Shown here piece by piece: positions 10,601 through 21,548 of a stretch of DNA of 64,000 bases. Within the stretch, counting starts at the first letter, position 1; each line of letters opens with the position of its first letter. Source of the stretch: Gammaproteobacteria bacterium (GTDB lineage: Bacteria; Pseudomonadota; Gammaproteobacteria; Ga0077554; Ga007554); contig JAKFXX010000007.1 of NCBI GenBank assembly GCA_021731145.1, positions 5,653 to 69,652 of the forward strand, read 5' to 3'. The notes under the pieces were generated by a model. That model was not told the DNA's origin. It ran no database searches and saw only the letters and a program-made list of their open reading frames with translations. Made by a program: the position numbers and the translations under genes.

Positions 10601-10656
10601 AAATGTTCAAGTGGTATGAGGACAGCACGAAAGCTGGGAAGTCACCCACGGCGTGA
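7639..10656 (+). CDS. hsdR: Type I restriction enzyme, R (endonuclease/translocase) subunit
   Basis: 1005 aa. SF2 motor with Walker A HSAGSGKSNS and DEAH box VVDEAHSSQTG, helicase C-terminal QTGFDQP. AGGAG RBS upstream. Confidence 0.93.
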   Translation: MAKTNSLSEAAFENVVMEALAASPLYIARDANHFDATTLLDAEQLWDFIEATQPKELAKLRKQFPDAPREALAAHVTGLTQKRGTLEVLRNGVSFSGINLQLAYFRPSAGGNQEHQARYEGNCFAVMRQVHFSTKTPDQSADVIILLNGLPIVSVELKNHFTNQNVQHAIAQYRRRDKNEPFWKRCLVHFAVDDDAAFMSTQIAGADTAFLPFNRDTHNPIIEDHFSTSYLWSDFTDEDGEVQPGIWQADSLLLLIQNYLHIERDAKTGKEKFIFPRFHQYQVVRKLLAHAKTQGSGHNYLVQHSAGSGKSNSIAWLAHQLANLCGSDEQPVFDSVIVITDRRVLDKQLQDTIKQFEKIKGVVTPIRSGAKQLTQALAHGDKIIISTLQKFGFVGELAKMSGKRFAVVVDEAHSSQTGEGVKDLKLVLTSDEDLQKALDKDDEGEELDPIESELEKIQKARQKLPHLSFFAFTATPKDKTLELFGVPDKGVKKGFRPFHQYTMRQAIAEGFILDVLESYTTYKTYFELIENEKADGEKEVEKLKARRLMLNYVDQHEFAIKRKAHIIVDHFTRNTSHKIAGQAKAMVVTHSRAHAVRYKQELDNVVREQGLSFGVLVAFSGTVTINEQKYTEENMNPPGTGDIAEAFKNPTQRILVVANKYQTGFDQPLLRTMYVDKKLGGVAAVQTLSRLNRTYPPLKQDTMVLDFVNVQKDIEASFQDYYQRTELEGETDPNKLSNLKYSLEKMDVFTPEDVVEFVELFVVKKVKSEKLQPFFQRIVTGKGSDGSIVRNSYYDKLKTEAKDKFRKETARYVKQYSFISQIMTFTDTGLEKFYLFAKLLLRQLPYEKQTLPLEVIEMIDMDKYRVQEEQNGRITLKDEDGILEPSPDDGHRGGEPDMEKLKLIVKKLNEDFGIPFEEADRVMNAIKVKLEGDDALRAAFKTNSIGFLRKQKLQDSIKEAFLSNADEFLNFMSKTETDTGFGKFFFSEMFKWYEDSTKAGKSPTA

Positions 10657-11091
10657 GGATAATTTTGGGTTTTGTCGCATTAATTGCGTTACTCGTCAAT
10701 GCAGATTCAAATTCAACCCTTGCGGCAATTGGTGGAATGATTGCCGTGTTTATACCGAGGCCAATCTAGGCGGCAATGGCAGCTTTTGTGCTTTCGGTTC
10801 CATATCTTCGGCGTGGGGTATCGAAAGGATAGCCGCTATATGCTGCTGATGCTCGAATGCACGGACAGGCGACGCACTAACCGTCAAAAAAGGGGGCGCC
10901 TGGTTAACCATGATTCAGGGAAAGGGGGGGGGGCAGTAAAACGGCGTTTTTCGACAAAAGGGAAATCTGGCGGCAAAACGAGCTAACTTACGCTATAAAG
11001 GCGCCCGAGTTAGCGGACGCTATAAAAGCGGTCTTTCATAACCCACCGCCCTTATATTCAACGACGCTCGTTTGGCACCCGTTTGGCACGG

Positions 11092-11126
11092 GCAAAACAA
11101 AAAGGGTTAAGTTTCCCCAACCCTTT
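11092..11126 (-). terminator. Rho-independent terminator downstream of the tRNA pair
   Basis: 8-bp stem AAAGGGTT (11101-11108) / AACCCTTT (11119-11126). On the minus strand it is followed by a TTTTTGTTTTG run. Confidence 0.55.
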
Positions 11127-11134
11127 GATTTATA

Positions 11135-11211
11135 TGGCGTCCCCAAGGGGATTCGAACCCCTGTTACCGCCGTGAAAGGGCGATGTCCTAGGCCGGCTAG
11201 ACGATGGGGAC
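11135..11211 (-). tRNA. tRNA-Glu (anticodon UUC)
   Basis: Reverse complement GTCCCCATCGTCTAGCCGGCCTAGGACATCGCCCTTTCACGGCGGTAACAGGGGTTCGAATCCCCTTGGGGACGCCA. Folds as a cloverleaf, anticodon loop CTTTCAC, encoded CCA. Near-identical to E. coli tRNA-Glu. Confidence 0.95.
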
Positions 11212-11253
11212 GTAAACGGCTACAACAAGTTGGTTAGGCCAACTTTTGAAACT

Positions 11254-11329
<76 letters not shown>

Positions 11330-11483
11330 TCAAAAATTAGACGCGCACTTTACCGTTTATAGGCGGTGCCTGTCAAGGCGATTTCCTTTTAAATTCCCAA
11401 ACCGGGTGAATTTAAGGCTACAGAAAAATCAGAGAAAAAACAGAAGGGGGCGAATCGCGCTCCGCCCCCTCCGGTGGGTTACA

Positions 11484-12491
11484 TCAACCTTCTTTGTGAT
11501 ACGCCACAACGCGCTCGACTTCGTTCCTGGAGCCAAGAATCACGGCGACGCGCTGGTGCAGCCCTGTGGGCTGCACTTCCTGGATGCGCTCGCGGCCTGT
11601 GGAGCTCGCTCCGCCTGCCTGCTCGACGATGAAGGACATGGGGTTGGCTTCGTACATCAGGCGCAGCTTGCCAGCCTTGGTGGGGTCCTTCGTGTCGCGT
11701 GGGTACATGAAGATGCCGCCACGGGTGAGGATACGGTGAACTTCAGCAACCATGGAGGCAACCCAGCGCATGTTGAAATTCTCCTTGCGCGGCCCTTCTT
11801 TGCCTGCCAGGCATTCGTCGACGTAGCGCTTTACGGGCTTTTCCCAGAAGCGTGCATTCGAGGCGTTGATGGCGAATTCACGGGTGTCCTCGGGAATGCG
11901 CATGTTCGGTTGGGTCAACACGAACTCGCCGACGTTGTGATCCAATGTGAAGCAGTTAACGCCGTTGCCGGTGGTCAGCACCAGCAGGGTGGAGGGGCCG
12001 TAAAGCGCATAGCCGGCGCATACCTGCTGGGTGCCGGGCTGCATGAAATCAGCGACGGCGGGATCGGTGACGCCTTCCGGGCAACGCAGAACGGAGAAGA
12101 TGGTGCCGACGGAGATATTAACATCGATGTTGGAGGAGCCATCCAGCGGATCGAACATCAACAGGTACTTGCCTTTCGTGAACTCGGCGGGGATGGGGTA
12201 AAGGTCATCCATTTCTTCCGAGGCCATGCCTGCAAGATAGCCACCACGCTGAGCGGCCTCGATCACGATGTCGTTGGAGAGTACATCCAGTTTCTTCTGT
12301 GTCTCGCCCTGCACGTTTTCGCTGCCCGCGCTGCCCAGCACGCCAACCAATGCGCCCTGACTGATCACGTAGGACAAGCGCTTGCATGCCACGACAATGT
12401 CGTTGATCAGCGCGGGGAGATCGCTGTCCGTGCCGCCCAGGCGGCGCTGTTCTTCGATAAGAAACTGGTTAAGGGTAGTGCCGTTTTGCAT
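11484..12491 (-). CDS. fbp: Fructose-1,6-bisphosphatase class 1
   Basis: 335 aa. Metal-binding [12 protein letters not shown] and [21 protein letters not shown] motifs. Confidence 0.92.
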   Translation of the reverse strand: MQNGTTLNQFLIEEQRRLGGTDSDLPALINDIVVACKRLSYVISQGALVGVLGSAGSENVQGETQKKLDVLSNDIVIEAAQRGGYLAGMASEEMDDLYPIPAEFTKGKYLLMFDPLDGSSNIDVNISVGTIFSVLRCPEGVTDPAVADFMQPGTQQVCAGYALYGPSTLLVLTTGNGVNCFTLDHNVGEFVLTQPNMRIPEDTREFAINASNARFWEKPVKRYVDECLAGKEGPRKENFNMRWVASMVAEVHRILTRGGIFMYPRDTKDPTKAGKLRLMYEANPMSFIVEQAGGASSTGRERIQEVQPTGLHQRVAVILGSRNEVERVVAYHKEG

Positions 12492-12595
12492 GGTGGTTTC
12501 CTTAAACTTAGACCATAGAGAGTGAGAGAATTTTTTCCTATTATCCTTGCTTTTGGAGGTAAAATCAAAGAAGCCCGCCGAACGTTGAGCACGTC

Positions 12596-13393
12596 ATGCC
12601 AGAAAATCTATTCCGCCGCGCATTAACTTGCCTCCTTACCGGCGATGTTGACGCCAAGCTCGTGCTGGTTGCCGCGCTGGAGGCGGATTGGCGGCAAGGC
12701 CGTCTGGTGTTTGAGGGCAGCCACGCGCTGCCCGAACTTATCAACGAGCCGGGACGCCCAGATAAACCCCTACTGGTATCCGCGCGCGCGGTAGAGCAGC
12801 GCAAGGTCTCCACGCCGGAAGGCCGAGCGGCATTGATCCACTCCCTTGCGCACATTGAGTTCAACGCTATCAATCTGGCGCTGGATGCGGTGTACCGCTT
12901 CCGTGACCTGCCCAAAGATTATTATGACGGCTGGATACAGGTCGCAGCGGAAGAGGCCTGCCACTTCGCCCTGCTGCGCGATCACTTGCGCACACTCGGC
13001 TTCGATTACGGGGATTTCACCGCGCACAATGGCCTGTGGGACATGGCCATGAAGACCGCTCATGACCCGTTGGTGCGCATGGCATTGGTGCCGCGCGGCC
13101 TGGATGTCACCCCCGCCATCATGCACAAGCTGGCCTCGTGCGGCGACAAAAGAGCGGCGGAGATTCTCGAAATCATCCTGCGTGACGAGATTGGCCATGT
13201 CCGTATCGGCAATCGCTGGTACGCCTGGTTCTGCGCCCGGCGCGGGGTCGAACCCATCGCCACGTTCCGCCAGTTATTACGCGAATACAACGCCCCCCAG
13301 TTCCGTCCGCCATTCCATCGTAACGCCCGGCTGGCGGCAGGGTTCAGCGAGGCAGAGATGGTGATGCTGGAGGATTTCAGCGCACGCGAATAA
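12596..13393 (+). CDS. Ferritin-like DUF455 family protein
   Basis: 265 aa. LAHIEFNAINLALD, AAEEACHF and RDEIGHV di-iron-type motifs, collinear with the DUF455 family. Confidence 0.75.
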   Translation: MPENLFRRALTCLLTGDVDAKLVLVAALEADWRQGRLVFEGSHALPELINEPGRPDKPLLVSARAVEQRKVSTPEGRAALIHSLAHIEFNAINLALDAVYRFRDLPKDYYDGWIQVAAEEACHFALLRDHLRTLGFDYGDFTAHNGLWDMAMKTAHDPLVRMALVPRGLDVTPAIMHKLASCGDKRAAEILEIILRDEIGHVRIGNRWYAWFCARRGVEPIATFRQLLREYNAPQFRPPFHRNARLAAGFSEAEMVMLEDFSARE

Positions 13394-13406
13394 AGACTGA
13401 GCTATA

Positions 13407-15584
<2,178 letters not shown>

Positions 15585-15712
15585 ACCCCGCTTTAAATCC
15601 GCCTCCTTAGATTGATTCTTGACATGCGGCAAACCAAGCAGGAGAATCGAACCATTCCTGCTGGTTGAGTGTCAAAAACCGCAAGTAATCCTATGTTTTA
15701 CCGGAGATCATC

Positions 15713-16066
15713 ATGAACGCAGTTGCCATAGAAACACCCGCCCTGCTGAATTTCACCGATAACGCGGTCAACAAGGTCAGGGAATTGATCGTTGAAGAAG
15801 GTAACGATAGTCTGAAGCTCCGCGTCTTTGTTTCGGGCGGCGGCTGCTCCGGCTTCCAGTATGGTTTTACTTTTGAAGAAAGCGTTGACGAGAGCGATAC
15901 CCTTGTTGAGAAAGGCGGCGTCACCTTGCTGGTTGATCCCATGAGCTATCAATACCTCGTGGGTGCCGAGATCGACTATACCGAAGGATTGGAAGGCGCG
16001 CATTTTGTCATCCGCAATCCCAACGCCACCACTACATGCGGTTGCGGATCGTCGTTTTCCGTATGA
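15713..16066 (+). CDS. erpA: Iron-sulfur cluster insertion protein ErpA (A-type carrier)
   Basis: 117 aa. [11 protein letters not shown] and C-terminal TCGCGSSF cysteine ligands. Confidence 0.9.
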   Translation: MNAVAIETPALLNFTDNAVNKVRELIVEEGNDSLKLRVFVSGGGCSGFQYGFTFEESVDESDTLVEKGGVTLLVDPMSYQYLVGAEIDYTEGLEGAHFVIRNPNATTTCGCGSSFSV

Positions 16067-16104
16067 TTTCCTGAACTAACCCGCTTTTTTCTCACGTCCT
16101 GCCA

Positions 16105-16136
16105 AAAGAGGAGGGGTTTCCCCCTCCTCTTTTTCT
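16105..16136 (+). terminator. Rho-independent terminator after erpA
   Basis: Perfect stem AAAGAGGAGGGG / CCCCTCCTCTTT, loop TTTC, then a T-run. Confidence 0.85.
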
Positions 16137-16181
16137 GTTATTCTTGATTTTCTAGTCATTTTTTCTGAAACAAGGTGCGTG

Positions 16182-17342
16182 ATGAGCGAGTATCTGCCTG
16201 GCCTGGAGGGCGTCCCCGCCACCAAATCCAATATCTCTCAAATTGATGGTGAGCGCGGCATACTCGCGTACCGTGGCTATCCCATCGAAGCGCTCGCCGA
16301 ACATAGCACCTTCGAGGAAACCTCGCTGCTGCTGCTCGACGGACGCCTCCCCACCGCACGGGAGCTGGCCGAGTTCGACGAACAGTTGCGCGGCAACCGG
16401 CGTGTCAAATACAACATCCGCGAAATGATGAAAAGCCTGCCACCCAGCGGCCACCCGATGGAAATGCTCCAGACGGCGGTGGCCAGCCTGGGAATGTTTT
16501 ATCCCGGCCCCGAAGGCCTGACGGGCCGTGACATCCGCGAAGACCTGGATTACGTGCATAGCATGACGGTCAAGATCCTGGCACGCATGGCGAGCCTGGT
16601 GGCAATGTGGGAGCATATTCGCAATGGCTACGACCCGGTGCCGCCGCGCACCGATCTCACTTATGCGGAAAATTTCCTTTATATGCTGAGCGGCAAGGAA
16701 CCCGAGCCATTCTACGCCGATATCATGGACACCTGCCTGGTGCTGCATGCCGAACACACCATCAACGCCTCCACCTTCGCCGCGCTGGTGGCGGGCTCCA
16801 CGCTGGCCGCCCCCAATGGCGTCATCGCCGCAGCCATTGGCACCCTCTCCGGGCCTTTGCATGGCGGCGCGAATCAGCGGGTGGTGGAGATGCTTGAAGA
16901 CATCGGCAGCCCGGACAACGCCCGGCCGTGGGTGGAAAAAAAGCTCGCCGCCAAGGCCAAGATCTGGGGCATGGGCCATCGCGAGTACAAGGTCAAAGAC
17001 CCGCGCGCCGTCATCCTGGAAAAACTGGTGGAAAAACTGGCAGTCTACAAAGGCGGCCAGGTCAGCCCGCTCTTCGAGACCGCCCTGGCGGTGGAAGAGG
17101 CTTGCCGTGAGCGGCTGGCACACAAGGGTGTGTATCCCAACGTGGATTTCTATTCAGGGGTTTTGTATGCAGAAATGGGCATCCCCGCCGATCAATTTAC
17201 CTCCATCTTCGCCATCTCGCGTTGCGCTGGCTGGCTCGCCCACTGGCGCGAACAACTCGCCGACAACCGCATCTTCCGGCCTACGCAGATGTATACCGGC
17301 GAGGGGATTCGGGATTATGTGATGCTTGGTGAACGCGGGTAG
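16182..17342 (+). CDS. Citrate synthase (short ~385-aa type; methylcitrate synthase not excluded)
   Basis: Catalytic signatures GPLHGGANQ, GMGHREYKVKDPRA and NVDFYSG. ATG at 16182, one codon inside the listed GTG ORF. Confidence 0.85.
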   Translation: MSEYLPGLEGVPATKSNISQIDGERGILAYRGYPIEALAEHSTFEETSLLLLDGRLPTARELAEFDEQLRGNRRVKYNIREMMKSLPPSGHPMEMLQTAVASLGMFYPGPEGLTGRDIREDLDYVHSMTVKILARMASLVAMWEHIRNGYDPVPPRTDLTYAENFLYMLSGKEPEPFYADIMDTCLVLHAEHTINASTFAALVAGSTLAAPNGVIAAAIGTLSGPLHGGANQRVVEMLEDIGSPDNARPWVEKKLAAKAKIWGMGHREYKVKDPRAVILEKLVEKLAVYKGGQVSPLFETALAVEEACRERLAHKGVYPNVDFYSGVLYAEMGIPADQFTSIFAISRCAGWLAHWREQLADNRIFRPTQMYTGEGIRDYVMLGERG

Positions 17343-17358
17343 CGCGGTATCTCTGCGG

Positions 17359-18303
17359 CTAACCGCTTTTTATGGGATAAAAGGCCCGCGCCACATAAGC
17401 AATCACCGCGTCAATCTGCGCATCAGTAAGCACTGACTTCCATGCCGGCATGGTGGCGCCGGGCAGGCCGTCGCGGATGACCTGTTTCAGCCGGGCGCGG
17501 GTCATGTCTGCCATGGCGGCGGTGCTGGTGAGGTCACGGGGATGCGGTTGCAGAAAGCTGCCTATCCAGTTGCGGCCAGTGCCGTCTGCTGCGTGGCAGA
17601 AGGCGCAATTCTGCTGGAACAGCGCTTCGCCCTGCCGCTCCTGGGGGGTAAGCCCCGTCAGCTTGGGGGCGGCATCGTGTTTGGCGTACACGCTGGCACC
17701 GGATACGCTATCAACCGGTTTGGCTGGCGGCTGCCGGTGCGAATAGCCGTTGCGCGGAAAGGACAGCGCGCGCGGATCCCACACGGCGGGGTCCTTGCCG
17801 CCCTTGGTGCGCGAGCCCTCATGGCAGGTGACACACGAAGACATGAATAATTGCTTGCCGGTGCGTTGTTCGGGCGTCAGTGCCTCCCATGGCGTATCGA
17901 GCGGGATTTCGCCCAGGGCGAAGGGATAGGCGGCCTTGTAGCGTTCGTGGTTGGGCCAGCCGTTTTCAGGTGTGTGGTAACGGGTGTTTTTGGCCTTGCT
18001 GGCCATGAATTCCTGACGCACAAAGTCTACAACTGCCTCTATCTCACGCGGCTTCAACATCCCTTTGAAGGACATCATGGCGGTGCCGGAGCGTCCGCTC
18101 GTCACCGCTTCGATCATTTTCCGACGGTCTATGGTGCGGGTGGTGAAGTCGCGCGGCGGAGGTGCGAGGTAGGTGGCGGCGACGGTCTTGGCGTCGCCGG
18201 AATAGCCGTGGCAGAAATAGCAGCGGTAGTTGTAGATGTCGCGCCCCTGCTCATGGGCGTTGCGCGGCTTGGTACGCCCGGCGCCATAGCCCGAAGCGGA
18301 GCT
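17359..18303 (-). CDS. Three further class-I cytochrome c domains without their own start codon or signal peptide (listed ORF covers only 17359-18117)
   Basis: The frame is open from the upstream stop region and encodes NYRCYFCHG (18118-18303 part), CVTCHE and CAFCHA. I found no ATG/GTG/TTG in the traced part of this frame upstream of 18117. It is the -1 frame relative to 18306-19511. Confidence 0.6.
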   Translation of the reverse strand, partial: SSASGYGAGRTKPRNAHEQGRDIYNYRCYFCHGYSGDAKTVAATYLAPPPRDFTTRTIDRRKMIEAVTSGRSGTAMMSFKGMLKPREIEAVVDFVRQEFMASKAKNTRYHTPENGWPNHERYKAAYPFALGEIPLDTPWEALTPEQRTGKQLFMSSCVTCHEGSRTKGGKDPAVWDPRALSFPRNGYSHRQPPAKPVDSVSGASVYAKHDAAPKLTGLTPQERQGEALFQQNCAFCHAADGTGRNWIGSFLQPHPRDLTSTAAMADMTRARLKQVIRDGLPGATMPAWKSVLTDAQIDAVIAYVARAFYPIKSG

Positions 18304-18305
18304 AT

Positions 18306-19511
18306 CTAGTTGCCGGGGACTTTTTTTTTCTGCTCGTCCGGTGCGAAGCTGGCGTGGTCTCCCTGGATAAACGCCTGGAAAACGAACTCGGCGACGTTGG
18401 CAATTTCCTGGTCGTTCAATACCTTGCCCCAGGCGGGCATGACGGTGCCAGTCTTGCCGTTATGAATGGCCTTGAGCAATGCCGGGCGGTTGAGGGTGCG
18501 GCGCGCATCAGGATGCACGAAGTTGCGCGGTTTGGGGCGGATGAAGGTGGAGCGCGGTCCCTCGCCGTCGCCCGCCTTGCCGTGACAGGTGAAGCAGTTG
18601 GACATATAGAACGTCTGCCCCTTGGCAGGGTCGCCCTTCAAGCCATTGGGGAAGGGCTGCGACATGTCGGCATCCGCAATCGCGGTGGGCGGTGGCGCGG
18701 TCGGCTGTCCTTGCCCGGCAGCGCCATGACCATGCTGGGGAGGTGTGGCGGCGGGGGCGCTGGCTACGGCGTCATCGCTGGGCGCGGCACCGCTCATGAA
18801 GGTGGCGCGGATATGATCCACCACGGCAGCAATTTCCGGGTCTGACAGGCGCGACTTGAATGACATCATGGCCGTGTCGGGGCGGCCGTAGGTTACGGAG
18901 TTGATCATGCGTTCGCGCGTCAGATCACGCCGCGCCTCTGCCGAGGTGAAATTGCGCGGCGACGGGTTGAGCGTGGCCTGCGTCCACATTGCTCCCGCAC
19001 CCTTGTCACCATGGCACACCGCGCAGTTGTTGATGTAGATGCGCTCGCCGAGGCTGGCGTTGGGTGGGATTATCCGCCGCGAGTTGGATCCCGGCCCGCC
19101 ACGCGGGGCGGCGGCAGTGTGGGCGTGGGGAGACGCGGTTGCAGGTGATGCCGGTGTGCTGGCGGCAGGCTCGGGCTGCATGAAAGTGGCACGGATGTGA
19201 TCCACGATGCCTTCGATCTGCCGCGACGAGAGGCGGTTACCCCAGCCGACCATGGCGGTGCCGGGGCGGCCATGGGTTACCGACGTGATCATGCGCTCGC
19301 GCGTCAGCGCCTGGCGCACGGCGGGCGCGGTGAAATCACGCGGCGGTGGATTCAGCGAACTCCCCGCCCGGCTCTGAGCGTTACCTTTTTCGCCATGGCA
19401 GGCCGAGCAGTATTTCTGGTATAGCGCAGGAGCGGAGGGCGCGGACCACGCGCTTGCCGGCACAACGGCAAGCATAGACACCAACACCATCCGCCGCAAA
19501 AACTTCGTCAT
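18306..19511 (-). CDS. Triheme c-type cytochrome (three class-I domains, Ala/Pro-rich linkers)
   Basis: CSACHG, CAVCHG and CFTCHG, each followed by a GRPGTAM/GRPDTAM-type Met-ligand region. Signal peptide MTKFLRRMVLVSMLAVVPASAWS (start taken at 19511). Ends ...DEQKKKVPGN* immediately after an A9 run. Confidence 0.85.
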   Translation of the reverse strand: MTKFLRRMVLVSMLAVVPASAWSAPSAPALYQKYCSACHGEKGNAQSRAGSSLNPPPRDFTAPAVRQALTRERMITSVTHGRPGTAMVGWGNRLSSRQIEGIVDHIRATFMQPEPAASTPASPATASPHAHTAAAPRGGPGSNSRRIIPPNASLGERIYINNCAVCHGDKGAGAMWTQATLNPSPRNFTSAEARRDLTRERMINSVTYGRPDTAMMSFKSRLSDPEIAAVVDHIRATFMSGAAPSDDAVASAPAATPPQHGHGAAGQGQPTAPPPTAIADADMSQPFPNGLKGDPAKGQTFYMSNCFTCHGKAGDGEGPRSTFIRPKPRNFVHPDARRTLNRPALLKAIHNGKTGTVMPAWGKVLNDQEIANVAEFVFQAFIQGDHASFAPDEQKKKVPGN

Positions 19512-19707
19512 GCAAAAACCCGCCACTCTCAAGTAAAAACACCCACAAATCAGTGTCCGACATAACAATCACACGGAAAGTTTGCGATATCTTGACACCG
19601 TGCGCTATATTTGACTACTGTTAAACCAAAAATTCACCCGCGCCGTCACGAAACAACATGCATGCTCAACTACTTATGCTCTGCGGAACACCAGAACGAG
19701 GCGATGC

Positions 19708-20454
19708 GTGAACAAGCGTAGATGGTTTATTGCGGGCGGCGTGGCGCTGGCACTGAATAGCGCGTGGATCGGCCCCACCCTGAGCGGCACGATCCTCGGC
19801 ACCAAGCACGACTTCACCGGGCTGAACGCCCGCGTCGGCGTTACCGCGATGTCCGGCGTGGCGTTTTCGGATTACGGTTCGCCCTGCGTGTATTGCCATA
19901 TCCCGCCGGACAAGAAGGGTGCTGATTCAGCCGAGACGGGCGGCAATCCAGGCTGGAACCGTTTCCTCCCGAATCCCGACAGCTACGCCCTGTATGACAG
20001 CCGTAGCCTTGAAAACAAGGTGCGCACGCCCAGCCCGATCAGCCTGTTGTGCCTGTCCTGCCACGACGGCACCATGGCCCTGGATATGACGGTATTCAAA
20101 CCCAACGGCTGGAACAGCAGCCAGGATGCCGCCCTGCATGTCCGGCTCAATGGCGGCAACGACCTGATGAGCTGCGGCAAATGCCACAACGGCAGCGTGG
20201 CGCACAGCATTGAAATCAAACACCTGGGCACCGATTTGCGCAACGATCATCCCATCTCCATGCAATACGCCGGGCTGAACCAGAAAGACGTGGATTTCTG
20301 GAAGCCCGACGGGCCGTATGGCTTCGACAATGGCGTGAAGCTGTACGATGGCAAGGTGGAATGCGCCACCTGCCATAATGTTCACAACCCGGACATCAAT
20401 CTGCTGTTGCGTGCCACGTCCGACAGGTTGTGCGAGACATGCCACATCAAATAG
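19708..20454 (+). CDS. Pentaheme c-type cytochrome (doubled-CXXCH type), secreted or anchored
   Basis: 248 aa. Five CxxCH (CVYCH, CLSCH, CGKCH, CATCH, CETCH). N-terminal hydrophobic segment WFIAGGVALALNSAWIG. Confidence 0.85.
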   Translation: MNKRRWFIAGGVALALNSAWIGPTLSGTILGTKHDFTGLNARVGVTAMSGVAFSDYGSPCVYCHIPPDKKGADSAETGGNPGWNRFLPNPDSYALYDSRSLENKVRTPSPISLLCLSCHDGTMALDMTVFKPNGWNSSQDAALHVRLNGGNDLMSCGKCHNGSVAHSIEIKHLGTDLRNDHPISMQYAGLNQKDVDFWKPDGPYGFDNGVKLYDGKVECATCHNVHNPDINLLLRATSDRLCETCHIK

Positions 20455-21548
20455 CTCGCCTGTGGCGTGGCGTGTTTCATGCGCTGGTTATCCTCACCCT
20501 TGCAGGTTGCGCCGCCACGCCCAAAGAGGCGCCATTCATTCCGCCGGTCTTCCCCGCCGCCCCTGATGCGCCGCGCTTCATTTATGAGCGCACCCTCAGC
20601 TTCAGCGACAACGTCGAGCAGGCCAGCAGCGTCACCGAACGCCTCAGGCTTTTCGCCGTGGGCGAGAAAAAAGGGGCCAAGGCACTGGTCAAACCGTTTG
20701 GTGTTGCCGTCCATCGAGGCCGTGTCTATGTCACCGATACTGCGCAGCGTCTGGTTGTCATGTTTGACATCCCTGGCGGGCGTTACGTCGAGATCGGCGT
20801 AGACAAGCCCGGCCAGCTCACCAAGCCGATGGGTATCGACGTCTCCAGCCAGGGGGAGGTCTTCGTCTCTGACATGACGCTCAGGCGCGTCCTGGTCTAC
20901 GACGGCGACGGCAAATTCCTGCGTTCCATCGGCGACAAGGACACCCTGCAGCGCCCCTCAAGCGTGGCCGTCAATCCCGCCGGCACCCGCCTGTATGTGG
21001 CGGATACCGGCGGCGTGGACTCGGAATCGCACCATGTGTATGTGTATGACGCCAGGACGGGCGCGCTGTTGCAAACCATCGGAAAACGCGGCATCAAGGA
21101 CGGCGAGTTCAACCTGCCCTTGCAGGCCGCCGTCGGCCCCGATGGCACCCTGTATGTGGTGGACAAGGGTAATTTCCGCGTCCAGGCCTTCCGGCCCGAC
21201 GGCAGCTTCGCGCTGGCTTTCGGCACTCCCGGGCGTTTCCCTGGCCAGTTCGCCAGCCCCAAAGGCATCGCCACGGACCTTCAGGGCAACATCTATGTGG
21301 TGGACACCGCCTTCGGCAATTTCCAGATCTTCAATAAGGATGGGCAACTGCTGATGTTCATCGGCGAGCGCGGCTCCTCCGGCGCCCCCGCTAAATACAT
21401 GCTCCCCGCCGGGATCGACGTTGACGAAGACGGCCGTATCTATGTCGTCGATCAGTTCTTCCGCAAAGTGGATGTGTTCAGGCCGACAGGGCTGCGGGCG
21501 GATGAGGGGTTTGCGGGGAAGGGCTTACAGGAAAAGGGAAAATCATGA
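20430..21548 (+). CDS. NHL-repeat six-bladed beta-propeller lipoprotein
   Basis: 372 aa. Lipobox LTLAGC. Repeated blades of the type P.GVAV...G.+YV.D..N.R+ (e.g. RVYVTDTAQRLVVMFD, LYVVDKGNFRVQAF, IYVVDTAFGNFQIF, IYVVDQFFRKVDVF). Overlaps the previous gene by 25 nt. Confidence 0.8.
   Translation: MRDMPHQIARLWRGVFHALVILTLAGCAATPKEAPFIPPVFPAAPDAPRFIYERTLSFSDNVEQASSVTERLRLFAVGEKKGAKALVKPFGVAVHRGRVYVTDTAQRLVVMFDIPGGRYVEIGVDKPGQLTKPMGIDVSSQGEVFVSDMTLRRVLVYDGDGKFLRSIGDKDTLQRPSSVAVNPAGTRLYVADTGGVDSESHHVYVYDARTGALLQTIGKRGIKDGEFNLPLQAAVGPDGTLYVVDKGNFRVQAFRPDGSFALAFGTPGRFPGQFASPKGIATDLQGNIYVVDTAFGNFQIFNKDGQLLMFIGERGSSGAPAKYMLPAGIDVDEDGRIYVVDQFFRKVDVFRPTGLRADEGFAGKGLQEKGKS

Noticed and set aside
10653-10769. 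A 35-38-codon hydrophobic mini-ORF (..ILGFVALIALLVNADSNSTLAAIGGMIAVFIPRPI*) overlapping the hsdR stop, as a possible small membrane toxin.
   Set aside because: It has only a GTG/TTG start, no clear RBS, and no cognate antisense or antitoxin feature visible. It cannot be supported from sequence alone.
10924-10933. A G10 homopolymer as a phase-variation switch for the R-M system.
   Set aside because: It lies ~270 bp downstream of the hsdR stop in non-coding DNA, not within or just upstream of any convincing ORF or promoter. The ORFs listed there (10616-10849, 10741-10986) have no recognisable features.
19569-19707. A sigma-54 or other specific promoter motif in the divergent cytochrome intergenic region, and likewise upstream of the porin-glnK-amtB genes (33035-33110).
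   Set aside because: No TGGCAC-N5-TTGC-like element or other confident consensus could be read, so no promoter call was made.
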